IMG/VR virus record: IMGVR_UViG_3300042934_000822
Span: 16,909 to 80,908 of that record
Strand: one strand, 5' to 3'
Source of the DNA: a virus
Length of the DNA: 64,000 bases
The notes under the pieces are model-generated. The model did no database searches and was not told the DNA's origin. It was given only the letters and a program-made list of their open reading frames with translations. Of this stretch, positions 37,001 through 45,428 are shown in pieces (the first letter of the stretch is position 1; each line of letters starts with the position of its first letter). A program made the position numbers and the translations under genes.

Positions 37001-37735
37001 CCCTTGGGCATCACGCCGGCGGCCCTGCTCCTCAGCCGCGATGCGCGCCTGGCGCGGGTCAGCGATGATTGGGTCACCAGTGGGCAGGGGCACATGCGCG
37101 GGCGTACCCGGGGCGGCCGAGGCAAAGCGCCCTTGCTCATCACGCGCCTGGCGATGAGTGGACCCCGAGGTGTCAGGTGCAGCGGCAGAGGTAGTCGCGG
37201 AAGGTGGTGCACCGGGAGCTACTGCAGGCGGTGCTGGTGCTGCACGCGTGTCTTCGCCCGCGCCCGGGTTCTGCGCCAGTGGCCGGCCGCCAGGCTGGGA
37301 TGCGGCGCCCGGGGCAGACACTGTCGCTGTAGAGGTAGCTGGCCCCGGGGCAATGGGTGCGACCGAGGCTGGTGCGTGCGCCACGATGATCGGCTCAATG
37401 TCGATCGGCGGCACGTCGACCTGCACTGCAGGCGCAGGGCCTGCCGAGGCCGGCTTCTCGGCAGCGGCACCTGGTAGGGCCGGGGCGATCATTGCCAGTC
37501 CGGAACGCTCGTCGGGCCCGCGCGGCGGCATCGGCGGCCGGTTGGGCTCCACTGGCTTGAATGCGTTGGCCGAATTGACCGCGTCGACCAGTCTGCCCAG
37601 CTGCTCGACCGTCTCCTCGGTGTTCCCACGGATCTCGCGCAGCAGCGCCAGCTCGCGCGCGATCTTGTCCAGGTCGTCAGTTACCTTGGGGCCGACCAGG
37701 AAGCCCCCGGCGTCATGGTTGAGTTCTCTGGTCAT
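34082..37735 (-). CDS. Tape-measure/injection protein with a GH19 (chitinase/lysozyme-like) domain; analog of P1 Sit
   Basis: HESGGF, ENLNYSA, ANRVYGGRMGN, DGFKYRGRGDIQLTGR and NGGTNG; Gly/Ala-rich hydrophobic segments and Trp-periodic TMP-like repeats. Confidence 0.8.
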   Translation of the reverse strand: MTRELNHDAGGFLVGPKVTDDLDKIARELALLREIRGNTEETVEQLGRLVDAVNSANAFKPVEPNRPPMPPRGPDERSGLAMIAPALPGAAAEKPASAGPAPAVQVDVPPIDIEPIIVAHAPASVAPIAPGPATSTATVSAPGAASQPGGRPLAQNPGAGEDTRAAPAPPAVAPGAPPSATTSAAAPDTSGSTHRQARDEQGRFASAAPGTPAHVPLPTGDPIIADPRQARIAAEEQGRRRDAQGRFERAGADQEAPEAGHSAQRRRGADGRFGSGDREDAGSSETRTSKAMGAASESLKSVADGLSHGADNVDPAVTAAKELGGIVSPVVGAVKPLGRLFGMGRTPEDKRQRQAVVWYRRIWGELREGNKKSGGRGMGLVLTGLLSMLGMLLSPLRALARMTGMLKALGALGGLAKGLGGLRGRGDRGGRGRRGTRGADGGRRGQGANARRQAIDRRGRRAAEARHITRNRETGRFESRTSTRPGSTSSRTAASSAGSGTASSPDAARAKEKRAAIRSRRAGRTAPAEVVAEGSGRATRAGLGEEAGAPSRASKAARAARGAGKVGKKLLTKIPVLGAVLGAGLFAQAAMAKDDPNATPEEQRAQKADRWGAMGGLAGGVLGGALGMVGGPAGAIVGNMLGDQLGTAVGEWLSTVDMTGMMADISSAWTTVADGAFKMASDSFTAVKDGWSSVVAAGSSMISGMADWAKESWGKVADAYYNVKDKLVETFTEAREKVVSTYRSAKDTVQDKAYTARDYINEKRASIQDVKQNALYKISGGRYTGGSNARKDELIKAMDAGGITDEKSKAALMANVDHESGGFKAKGENLNYSAKRLQEVFPKYYKDAETARADAGNPEAIANRVYGGRMGNKDPGDGFKYRGRGDIQLTGRDQYERMGQKLGIDLVNNPELASDPRYSAQIAVQHWKDSGANELATRGDIKGARRRTNGGTNGWSDVEAKYEGYLAQANAGDLTPTRKADDVRVAAPKTAMGAIGSTLAKVKGQPAGAAAGPVGVLAAAGQKNGAAAPKVGAALSLEALATPLVKTPVSVPGSPGAMAATPAAPGALNAGSTTGAPGGSMLAGMGVMAGPTPLQVAAKGSSMPLGMMPMTPVSLAPVTPAANPASVQARAPAMVSGSAPAAVPPIKVPSYSAPAPDASHARIPATPQVAKPMPAPSKTPAAPAGQVLAPLSQNISDRAIAHAATGGIGMGGTARSL

Positions 37736-37736
37736 G

Positions 37737-38684
37737 TCAGAAGCGCCCGATTGCCCGGTTTACCAGATCCACGCCCCGCCGCAACAAGCCTTGCTGCTCT
37801 TTTTCTGCCTCCTCCTGGGGTGAGTTCTCGATCGGCGCAAGGGTCGCGTGCATGTAGTGGGCGGCACTGTCGAGCATTCCATGGGCGCGGTCTCGCGACA
37901 GGGTCGAGCCACGCTGGAACACGTCAGGCGCCGCTGCAGGTAAGAACGAGGTGCTGTCCATCATGGCGCCGCCGCCCTTGCGCAGCTCGGCGATGTGCGA
38001 CAGCAGCTTGGCGTTCTGGGTCACCAGGTCGTCGTTCAGCCGGCACTGGTGCAGGTAGCTGTCGCTCATGCCCTCCAGGGCGACGCCGCTGGCCTCTACC
38101 TGGGCGTCGCGCTCGGCCAGAATGCCGTCGATGCTGTCGAGCATGGCGCTGTACTCAGTGGCGAAGCTCTCACCCTGCAGAGCGCCTGCCTCCGTACTGT
38201 CCAGCATCGCGTCGTAGCCACGATTGGTGTCGTAGTTGGGGCTGCGCACGAAGTCCATGCCGAAGTAGTCTTTGGGCGTGCGCTTGCCGTTGATCAGCGG
38301 GGCGAAAAAGACCGAACTGAATCCCCAGCTCTTGCCCTTGTACAAAGCCCGGGCGATACGTCCGGAGGGGGTGGGCAGAAACTCCTGCTGGTGCTCGATG
38401 GTGCCGTCAGGGTAGGCCTTGATCATCACCGTTTTCACGGTTGGTTCCAGCACCACGGTCCTGCCGCCTTCGATGACAACCTCAGGTGGCTGCAGGCCGT
38501 ACTTTTCGCGGAAACAGTGCCCCACATAGCCGCAAAGGTCGCCCTTACGGACAGCCTCCTGCACCACCGGCCCGTTGAGCAGCAGGCACAGCGCTGGGAT
38601 GTCGATGTCACGATCGGCGCCGGTGAATTCACGGCCTCGATCCTTCACGTTGTAGCGGATTACCTCGGTTCGGTTATCCATCAT
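37737..38684 (-). CDS. Prohead/head-processing protease (P1 Pro-like)
   Basis: Directly after the portal; GYVGH and GFSS motifs typical of prohead serine proteases; C-terminal M[LM]DS repeats. Confidence 0.7.
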   Translation of the reverse strand: MMDNRTEVIRYNVKDRGREFTGADRDIDIPALCLLLNGPVVQEAVRKGDLCGYVGHCFREKYGLQPPEVVIEGGRTVVLEPTVKTVMIKAYPDGTIEHQQEFLPTPSGRIARALYKGKSWGFSSVFFAPLINGKRTPKDYFGMDFVRSPNYDTNRGYDAMLDSTEAGALQGESFATEYSAMLDSIDGILAERDAQVEASGVALEGMSDSYLHQCRLNDDLVTQNAKLLSHIAELRKGGGAMMDSTSFLPAAAPDVFQRGSTLSRDRAHGMLDSAAHYMHATLAPIENSPQEEAEKEQQGLLRRGVDLVNRAIGRF

Positions 38685-40288
38685 TCGTCCTCGTTGGTGT
38701 CTTGCGTCAGCGCGCGCTCTGGCGGCATCTGATCGTTGTCGTCATCGAAGCCCCCCAGCATCCCGCCCCCCATGCCCGGCGGTGCCGGCGGCTTGGCGTT
38801 CTTGAGCCCGTTGGTGAGGATCTTGGCGAAGTCGTGGTCTAGCTCGGACTTGATGAAAATCTGCTCTGCAGCCTCAGGCGGCAGGCCCAGGTCGCGCATG
38901 CCGGTCATCATCTGCACCAGCATCAGCGAGCCGTTGATCGCACGTTCCCGGCTGGCCTGCTTTTCGGCCTCGAGCGCTGCGATCGAGCCGTAGAAGTTGA
39001 TGGCGTAGGGGCGACTGCTGTCGTCCCAGGTGCGCCCGTACTTGGCGATCATGTGTCGGTCGATCACGTCGTTGCAGTACGCTGTATAGGCGGTTCGAAT
39101 GATGCGGGAGCGCTCGGCAGCCTGGCTGCTGGTGCGGTTGAACCCCCCTTCGCCAAGCCCACCGGTCAGCTGATCGGCAAAGCCGACCATGGACAGGTCA
39201 ATCCCGGCGGTACCAGCCAGCTTGCGGGCGTGAAACATCACGTCCTCGATGTTGGTACCGGCGCCGGAGTTGGACGTACCGTTGAACTGGCTAATCTGGG
39301 TAAGCTGCTTCTCGTTGTAGGTCGGCATGATGTGGAAGTTGCGGGAGGTGGCGTAACGCCCGGTCCGTACCGCCTCCTCGGCACGCTGCTTCATGGCCTG
39401 TAGCATCCGCTCGAGCGAGCGCATGAAGCTGGCCTGCTGGTCAGCCGTCATATCGGTCATGTTGGCGCCCAGCATCGTCTCATCGATCGCGCCTGCGATT
39501 CGTTGGCCGACCAGGCCCCGGAGCGCCGCCTCCAGGTTGTCGAAGTCGGTTTCGGCGGCCTCCAGGAAGGAACCACCCACCTGCGCCGGCAATGCCTCCA
39601 TCTGCGAAGGGTCGTTCGACTCCAGGTTGATACGCTGGGCGTTCTCCACGGCCCGCATCTGCGCCAGGTAGCCCATGCGGGGCATCTTCATGCGCACCAT
39701 GTCGATGTGGCTCAGGCGCGAATCGATCTTCTTGCCCAACGAGACCACGTAGGTGACCGTCTGGCCCAGGACCTCATAGGGCTGGACCAGGGGCGGGAAG
39801 ATATCGGCGTTGAGCGCGTACAGGCCGTGGCCCTTGCGCACATAGAGGCGGGTGTAGGCGTCGCCATAGGCCGCTGCGTTGAAGCACACCTGGTGGGCGT
39901 TATCGTTGAAAAACGGCACCAGGCACTGCAGCTCCTCGATGATCTTCTTGTCGCCACTGGTGGCGCTCGGCTTGGGCTCGATGAAGATCGTTTCGCCTGT
40001 GGTCTCATGGCCACCCAGCGCCATCTGCACATGCAGGCGCAGGATGGTGTTCATCAGCCCGTCCTGGGCCATGTGGTGCCACTTACGGAAGATTTCGACG
40101 CGCGTGCGGGCCGGCCGGTCGCCGTCGCCCATCATCACCTCGACGCCCACATAGTCGGCGTCGTAGGTCGAGACGGAATTCTGCATCGCAGGTTCAGCCA
40201 CCTCGCCCAGGAGCAGCTGCGTAGTCGTCCTGGTGAGGCTGGCCAGGCTACTCATGAGCCTGCGCTTGGGTTTCGGTTGATCTGCCAT
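38681..40288 (-). CDS. Portal protein (P1 Prt-like)
   Basis: 535 aa; AAAYGDAY, GGSFLEAAE and GGLGEGG; upstream of the protease. Confidence 0.75.
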   Translation of the reverse strand: MADQPKPKRRLMSSLASLTRTTTQLLLGEVAEPAMQNSVSTYDADYVGVEVMMGDGDRPARTRVEIFRKWHHMAQDGLMNTILRLHVQMALGGHETTGETIFIEPKPSATSGDKKIIEELQCLVPFFNDNAHQVCFNAAAYGDAYTRLYVRKGHGLYALNADIFPPLVQPYEVLGQTVTYVVSLGKKIDSRLSHIDMVRMKMPRMGYLAQMRAVENAQRINLESNDPSQMEALPAQVGGSFLEAAETDFDNLEAALRGLVGQRIAGAIDETMLGANMTDMTADQQASFMRSLERMLQAMKQRAEEAVRTGRYATSRNFHIMPTYNEKQLTQISQFNGTSNSGAGTNIEDVMFHARKLAGTAGIDLSMVGFADQLTGGLGEGGFNRTSSQAAERSRIIRTAYTAYCNDVIDRHMIAKYGRTWDDSSRPYAINFYGSIAALEAEKQASRERAINGSLMLVQMMTGMRDLGLPPEAAEQIFIKSELDHDFAKILTNGLKNAKPPAPPGMGGGMLGGFDDDNDQMPPERALTQDTNEDE

Positions 40289-40321
40289 GGATTGGGTACG
40301 CAATAGGCCTGTTTGGGGTCC

Positions 40322-40363
40322 AGCGTACCGGCGCAGAAACGCCCGATTTTCGGACGGTTTGCG
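40322..40363 (-). promoter_or_regulatory. Putative late promoter of the portal operon
   Basis: CGCAAA-N30-TACGCT on the minus strand. Confidence 0.65.
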
Positions 40364-40377
40364 CGCTTTTCGAGGGT

Positions 40378-40893
40378 CTACAGCGCTTCGGTGGCCAGCT
40401 CGTCCGGCCGCGCGTTGAGCAAGTACTTGCGGGTGTAGGGCGGGATGTTGAGGTTGCCTGTAACGCCAACGATTTCGTAGTTGACGATGATCCCATCGCC
40501 CACCAGCACAGCCACCAGCATCCGCTTTTCAGGCAGGACGTAATCGTCGGTACCAGGATCTGCCAGTGGCTCTATCGACGCCTCCAGGACGCTACCGCTG
40601 TAGTCCAGGAGGCCGCCATCATTGGAGGTGTTGCCCAGCTCGGCCGCGAAGCCCTGGGCGAAGTGGATGACTGCATCACAAGCTCTGACCCATGAGTAGT
40701 TCACCTCGTCCTCATCGGACATGACAGTGGCGCCACCCAGCATGCCGGGCTCGTCCTCGAGGTCGTCATGCTCTGCAGGCGCAGTGCCGCGCTCGACCCG
40801 CTTGGTGAACAGCACGCAGTCGATCCGGTTCGGCTCGCGCAGGGTGCGCTGGCGGTTGGCACGGTTCACGGCGATTGCCACGTTGTTGAGCAT
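40378..40893 (-). CDS. Virion morphogenesis protein (head-tail joining candidate)
   Basis: Third gene of a late-promoter operon; GAGG RBS. Confidence 0.5.
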   Translation of the reverse strand: MLNNVAIAVNRANRQRTLREPNRIDCVLFTKRVERGTAPAEHDDLEDEPGMLGGATVMSDEDEVNYSWVRACDAVIHFAQGFAAELGNTSNDGGLLDYSGSVLEASIEPLADPGTDDYVLPEKRMLVAVLVGDGIIVNYEIVGVTGNLNIPPYTRKYLLNARPDELATEAL

Positions 40894-40895
40894 GG

Positions 40896-41975
40896 TTACC
40901 TCTGGGCCTGGTCAGCAGCGGTGATAGCGGCCACGGCGGCGTCTCGGCCGTACCCCATCGCCATCAGCGTCTTGATTTTCTGTTCGAAGGGCACGGACTT
41001 GTTGACCTTCGCGGTATGGGTCTTGCGTAGTTGGTCATTGGCGGCCTTGACCCGCTCGGCCGCGCGGCGCTTCTCGGCCGGCTGCGCCTGGCGCGCATGC
41101 CGGCGTTCCTCGCTGGTGGTGATGGTCCGGTCACGCTTGCGGGCCTTGAGCGCCTGCTGGACGAACTTCTGCTGGTCGGCCACCGAAACGGTCTGGTTCT
41201 TGTTGCTGAGCGTCTTGCGCCCGTTGTCGATCATGCGCTGGGCGAAGTTCTCGAAGGTCGGCCCATGGGCAATGACGGCCATCACGCGCAAGACGTGCTT
41301 GCAGGCCACCCCGTACAGCTTCGGGTTGCGCACCTTCGGGAAACCGTCCTCAGCCCGGCCCACGTTGAAGTTGCCGATCGTGGCGATGTAGCGGTACCAG
41401 AACGTGTGCCGGCCGCAGTCGCAGTCAAACTTGATCTTGCCGCGCGCCATCTGCCGCGCGGCCTCGCGCGTCGACAGGCCGCCAGCCAGGGCGGTGTCGT
41501 ACCCCATGAACTGCACGGTGACGAAGTGGCGCTGGGTGTCCGAGTTCGGCCCGGCATTGGTCTGGAACTGGACCACGCCAGCGCGGTTGGCCAGGGGAGT
41601 GGCGAAGTGGATCTGCTTGTTCGCTCGCTGGCGGTCCTCTGGGCGAGACAGGTCGATCACCTGGCGCGCCAGGATGCCGCCGGCGTCCCCAGTAGGCTTG
41701 CCGGCCCTGAACTGCCCGTGCTTGCGCTGGATATCCCGCACAGCGGCCTTGAAGGCCAGGATATCGTCGAAGGTCAGCATGCGCGGCTTGCCGTCGATCG
41801 TGGTGAACAGCTGGCGCGATGGGTCGTACAGGCCGGACAAGTCGTCGGCACTCAGGATCACACCCTGGTCGGCCAGGCGGCGCTGCAGGTCGTGTTCGAA
41901 CGATTCGCGCGCCTGCTTGCCCGAGCGCGCGGCGCCCTGGATGAACTCCAGGCGCGTGTTGCTGGTGGTCGCCAT
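40896..41975 (-). CDS. Morphogenesis protein with a SWIM-type Zn finger
   Basis: FDCDCGRH...GVACKH; basic C-terminus; ATG 41975 overlaps the upstream stop. Confidence 0.6.
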   Translation of the reverse strand: MATTSNTRLEFIQGAARSGKQARESFEHDLQRRLADQGVILSADDLSGLYDPSRQLFTTIDGKPRMLTFDDILAFKAAVRDIQRKHGQFRAGKPTGDAGGILARQVIDLSRPEDRQRANKQIHFATPLANRAGVVQFQTNAGPNSDTQRHFVTVQFMGYDTALAGGLSTREAARQMARGKIKFDCDCGRHTFWYRYIATIGNFNVGRAEDGFPKVRNPKLYGVACKHVLRVMAVIAHGPTFENFAQRMIDNGRKTLSNKNQTVSVADQQKFVQQALKARKRDRTITTSEERRHARQAQPAEKRRAAERVKAANDQLRKTHTAKVNKSVPFEQKIKTLMAMGYGRDAAVAAITAADQAQR

Positions 41976-42271
41976 CAGCGCACCTTCCGTGTTTCGGTGC
42001 TCAGGCCACACTTCTGCTTGAGGTAGCGCAGGTGCTCGGCCGTGGGCAGCACCAGGTTCTGCTCCTCGAGCACGGAGTCCACGGTGGCCAGGCCTGCTGC
42101 AGCCTGGATCGCCAGCGTTTCCTCAGGGTCGCCATACACGCGCCGCGCGACCAGGGTCAGGTCGAAACGCTCACTCGGCAGAGTACGCACCACCTGGCGC
42201 GCGCCCGAATACGTGGGCTCTGTCACTGCGAACAGACGCACCTCACGGTAGAACCTGGAAACCTCAATCAC
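41975..42271 (-). CDS. Small baseplate protein, LysM/gpX-like (P1 gp26-like)
   Basis: ERFDLTLVARRVYGD...LVLPT. Confidence 0.65.
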   Translation of the reverse strand: MIEVSRFYREVRLFAVTEPTYSGARQVVRTLPSERFDLTLVARRVYGDPEETLAIQAAAGLATVDSVLEEQNLVLPTAEHLRYLKQKCGLSTETRKVR

Positions 42272-42314
42272 GGGTGTTTACCTTGCTGGCGCCAGCGACC
42301 CTGGCCAAGGGGTC

Positions 42315-42356
42315 ATTGTGCTGGCGCCCCGGGGCGGGCTCCGGGCAAGGTTTGCG
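42315..42356 (-). promoter_or_regulatory. Putative late promoter
   Basis: CGCAAA-N30-CACAAT on the minus strand. Confidence 0.6.
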
Positions 42357-42358
42357 TG

Positions 42359-43426
42359 TTACTCGGCGTCAGCCTCGTAGGAAGCACCGCGGCTGCTATC
42401 GGGCGACAGCTTCCACTTATCGGCCTGGGACCGGTGCACCATCCGCAGGATGGAGTCTGCCTTGCCCTGCTCCTCGGCCAAGGAGTAGTCCGGCAGGTTG
42501 TCGTCCTTGATGATGGCGCGGATCATGCGGTTGAACTCCTTCCGTGATCCCTGGCTTCCGCTGCGCTCGTAGATCGTGCCAAAGCTCCAGGCCGCCGAGT
42601 CCTTGCCTGCCGCGCGGCGCGCCAGGCGGTACACGAACCTGGCCAGGCCGCGCTCGATCTTGAAGTAGTCCGGATTGACCGTGAGCACCTCAGGCTGATG
42701 GCCTGCCGTGATCTCGTCGTACATCCACTGGGCGACCCGGAACTCAATGGCCTCGACCTTCTTGGTGCGCGGGTTGCTCAGCACCTTGAATGGCCCGATC
42801 AGGTTCTCGCCCTCGGTGATCGTCATGGGCTTGTCGCCCACGTTGCGGGTGCGCTCGATCTTGACGTGGGTAGTGCTCAAACGCTCCAGGGCGCCGACCA
42901 CGGCGTCTTTCTGGTTGCCGCCATTGTCGCGTCGGCAGAAATTCAGCACGTCGGCGATCGCCGGCCGGAACACCTGGCCAGGCTTGGCTCCTTTGCCCTC
43001 ACGGTGGCGGTTCATCGCCTCTGTGAGATGCGACACGGCCATCAGCACAATGTCGTAGTCGTAGACCGAGGCCATGCCCAACGGGCCAGACGTGACCTGC
43101 ACGCCCCCATCGGGCAGCGTGTAGGTCAGGATCGTGTTGGCGCGCTTGTCGCTCTTGGAGAGTCGGAACACAGCGACGTCCATCACCGTCCTGCTATCGC
43201 GGCTTCCAACGTCGCACAGGACCGGCGCGTAAAAGTCAGCCTGAACCGGATCCTGGGACGCCACAGCCGCTTTCTTGCGAGGGGCCTTGGGCGCCGCCTT
43301 GCGAGCGGGCGCGGGCTTCTTCGGCGCGGCCTGGGGCTGAGGCTCGTCCAGGCCTTTCAACAGGTCGCCCTGGGCCTTCTTGGCCTGTAGCTCCAGCAAT
43401 CGCTGCGCGTGCTTGTTGGTTGCCAT
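42359..43426 (-). CDS. repA: Plasmid replication initiator, RPA family
   Basis: MDVAVFRLSK, GMASVYDYDIV, ALERLSTT, PDYF...GLARFVYRLARRAAG, NLPDY; iterons lie immediately upstream. Confidence 0.85.
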   Translation of the reverse strand: MATNKHAQRLLELQAKKAQGDLLKGLDEPQPQAAPKKPAPARKAAPKAPRKKAAVASQDPVQADFYAPVLCDVGSRDSRTVMDVAVFRLSKSDKRANTILTYTLPDGGVQVTSGPLGMASVYDYDIVLMAVSHLTEAMNRHREGKGAKPGQVFRPAIADVLNFCRRDNGGNQKDAVVGALERLSTTHVKIERTRNVGDKPMTITEGENLIGPFKVLSNPRTKKVEAIEFRVAQWMYDEITAGHQPEVLTVNPDYFKIERGLARFVYRLARRAAGKDSAAWSFGTIYERSGSQGSRKEFNRMIRAIIKDDNLPDYSLAEEQGKADSILRMVHRSQADKWKLSPDSSRGASYEADAE

Positions 43427-43525
43427 GTGCGTGATCCGTGCCTGTCGAGTGCGCTGCCAGGGCGGCAGTGCCGTGAATGATAAGTGCTGTGGTGGTCACC
43501 GCAAACCTTGTGGTCGTTTGGGGTG

Positions 43526-43751
43526 GGTGGGTGAATTACGGAAAAACGGAGTGTGATATGCGCGCAACCCCCGTATTTACTGGGGAAAGGAGGCTTAAAC
43601 GGGGTGTGAAACCCTCGCCAGACCCGCGAAACGCGTAATTCACACACCACCGAGCGGCTGGCGGGCCCAAATCCGTAATTCACCCACCAAAAAGCGTAAT
43701 TCGCCCACCCTTTTCCGTAATTCACCCACCCATTCCAGTAATTCACCCACC
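43526..43751. repeat. Iterons of the plasmid origin (consensus CGTAATTCACCCACC)
   Basis: Direct copies at 43674, 43695, 43716 and 43737 (exact 21-bp period), one at 43634, and an inverted copy at 43526-43540. Confidence 0.9.
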
Positions 43752-43759
43752 CGCCCACA

Positions 43760-43890
43760 GGGTTGTCTACAGCCTGCAAGCCCCGCCACGCGCGGGCTGG
43801 AACGAGTTATGAACAATCGCCAAAACTTATATAAAACTGCTTTAAAACTCTCTAAAACCTTTTTCCCTGGAAGGGGCTGTGGACAACCGT
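43760..43890. other. Origin unwinding region with DnaA-box-like sites
   Basis: AT-rich tract with four AAAAC repeats about 10-11 bp apart; TTGTCTACA (~43763) and TGTGGACAA (~43878) resemble TTATCCACA. Confidence 0.65.
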
Positions 43891-43929
43891 ACCGCCGACG
43901 CCATCGTCTACCCCTTCCATGACACATGG

Positions 43930-44352
43930 CTACGCTGTGGCGCGGCTGTTACGAAGCAGCTGGCCACGGGCCTGGCTCACGTCCTGACGCAACCCCTCCA
44001 ACCCTTCCAGGTGGACGAATGCTTGCTCAGTGGTCTCAGGCATGATGTAGGCGACCATGAAGCTGTTGACCAGGCTCTTGATCAGCCCAGCGGTATCGTG
44101 GCCCCTCACAGCACTGACAACGCACAGCTGCTCGAGCACCACCACCGGCGTCGTTTCCAGGAAGTCCCGGCCAAGGCGCTGGCCCATGTCGAGCATCGAG
44201 CGGCGATAGTAGTCCTGGGCGTCGACGCTGCCGGCAAGCTCCAGGCGCCGCCCTGTCAGGGCGCCGACGGGGATCTTGGCCAGCTCGAGTAACTTGGCAT
44301 CGACCACAGCCTCGATCTGCTGCAGGTGACCAGATGGCTCAGCACCCCTCAT
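43930..44352 (-). CDS. Hypothetical protein
   Basis: ATGA overlap with the upstream gene fixes the start at 44352. Confidence 0.55.
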   Translation of the reverse strand: MRGAEPSGHLQQIEAVVDAKLLELAKIPVGALTGRRLELAGSVDAQDYYRRSMLDMGQRLGRDFLETTPVVVLEQLCVVSAVRGHDTAGLIKSLVNSFMVAYIMPETTEQAFVHLEGLEGLRQDVSQARGQLLRNSRATA

Positions 44353-44846
44353 GCCTTGTCTTCCTCGGCGGTGCCGAAGTGCGGACGCGCCAGCAGGGCC
44401 TCGAGCGCCAGCTCGAGCATGACGCCCGATCCGGCCGCGCGCCCTTGCATGTAGTCGCTCAGGTTCTGACGGGTAACGCCCACACGCTCGGCTACGCTCT
44501 GCTGTGACATATCGAACTTGTGCATGATTTGCGTCACCAACCGGCGAATGCGCTCGCTTTTGGCAGGCCTGGGAGCCTGCCCTAGAAGCTCTTCCCACCA
44601 ATCAAACTCATGCGGGGCGAGCTGTAGGGCTGCCTTCTCAATTTCGGCAAAGGTGGCAGCATCGTCTTCGAAGTTCAGTTGGTGCAGACTCCATTCGCCG
44701 CCTGCAAAACGCTCGCAGTGCCAGGTCTTACCTTGACCTGCCACCTGTGAGAGTTCGACCTTGTAGACCGCGCTTTCAAACGCGCGAACGAAGACCAGGG
44801 CCGTGCCTTTCAGGTCGACGAAGCTGATTACGGTATCGTTGTTCAT
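44349..44846 (-). CDS. Protein with a C-terminal XRE/Cro-type HTH
   Basis: MSQQSVAERVGVTRQNLSDYMQG. Confidence 0.75.
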   Translation of the reverse strand: MNNDTVISFVDLKGTALVFVRAFESAVYKVELSQVAGQGKTWHCERFAGGEWSLHQLNFEDDAATFAEIEKAALQLAPHEFDWWEELLGQAPRPAKSERIRRLVTQIMHKFDMSQQSVAERVGVTRQNLSDYMQGRAAGSGVMLELALEALLARPHFGTAEEDKA

Positions 44847-44945
44847 TGGCTGTGTTCCATGTCATCCGGGCGGTTTGCACGGTACTAGGAAGCCCCCAGC
44901 GAGGGGGCTGCGTAAGAGTTCAGGGATGCGTGCTAGGCCAAGGGC

Positions 44946-45428
44946 TCACGCCGGTGCAGCCGCGCTTGGCGTGCCGGGATGGGTGAACGCGCCAGCAAGC
45001 CCGTTGCTTTCCACCTGCAGCAGCAACGCGGCATCAAGCCCGAGCTTCTCGCAGACAGCGATAGCAGCGCGCTCGGCAGACTGGGAATTGCTGGCGGTCA
45101 CGCCCCGGCGCATAGCACGGGCCAGGTAGCCGCCAGTGATGTACCGCACGTTGATCTGCACAGCGACAGCGCTTGTCGCGCCAGCGTCCTCCTGGGCAGC
45201 CACTGGGGTGCAGTGTTCCAGGTCAACGAAACCGCGCTTGCCTTCCAGGAACACGATGGCGGTATGGCCACCGGTTACCTGTGCTTCGCTCGAGGTGCGG
45301 CCACGGAAAGTTTCGCCATCGCCGAGGATCTCCTCGAAGCTAACGAGCGTGCCCGGCGGGTTGGCAGCGTTCCACTGGTCACATTGGATTTGAAGCTCGG
45401 CGGGGGTTTTGCGTTTCGGTAAGGGCAT
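44946..45428 (-). CDS. Hypothetical phage protein
   Basis: 160-aa ORF (WNAANPPGTLV...) preceded by a TATCAGCC motif and an AT-rich promoter region. Confidence 0.65.
   Translation of the reverse strand: MPLPKRKTPAELQIQCDQWNAANPPGTLVSFEEILGDGETFRGRTSSEAQVTGGHTAIVFLEGKRGFVDLEHCTPVAAQEDAGATSAVAVQINVRYITGGYLARAMRRGVTASNSQSAERAAIAVCEKLGLDAALLLQVESNGLAGAFTHPGTPSAAAPA

Noticed and set aside
43526-43751. Regularly spaced repeats as a mini-CRISPR
   Set aside because: 15-bp repeats with 6-bp gaps next to repA and an AT-rich tract are classic iterons.
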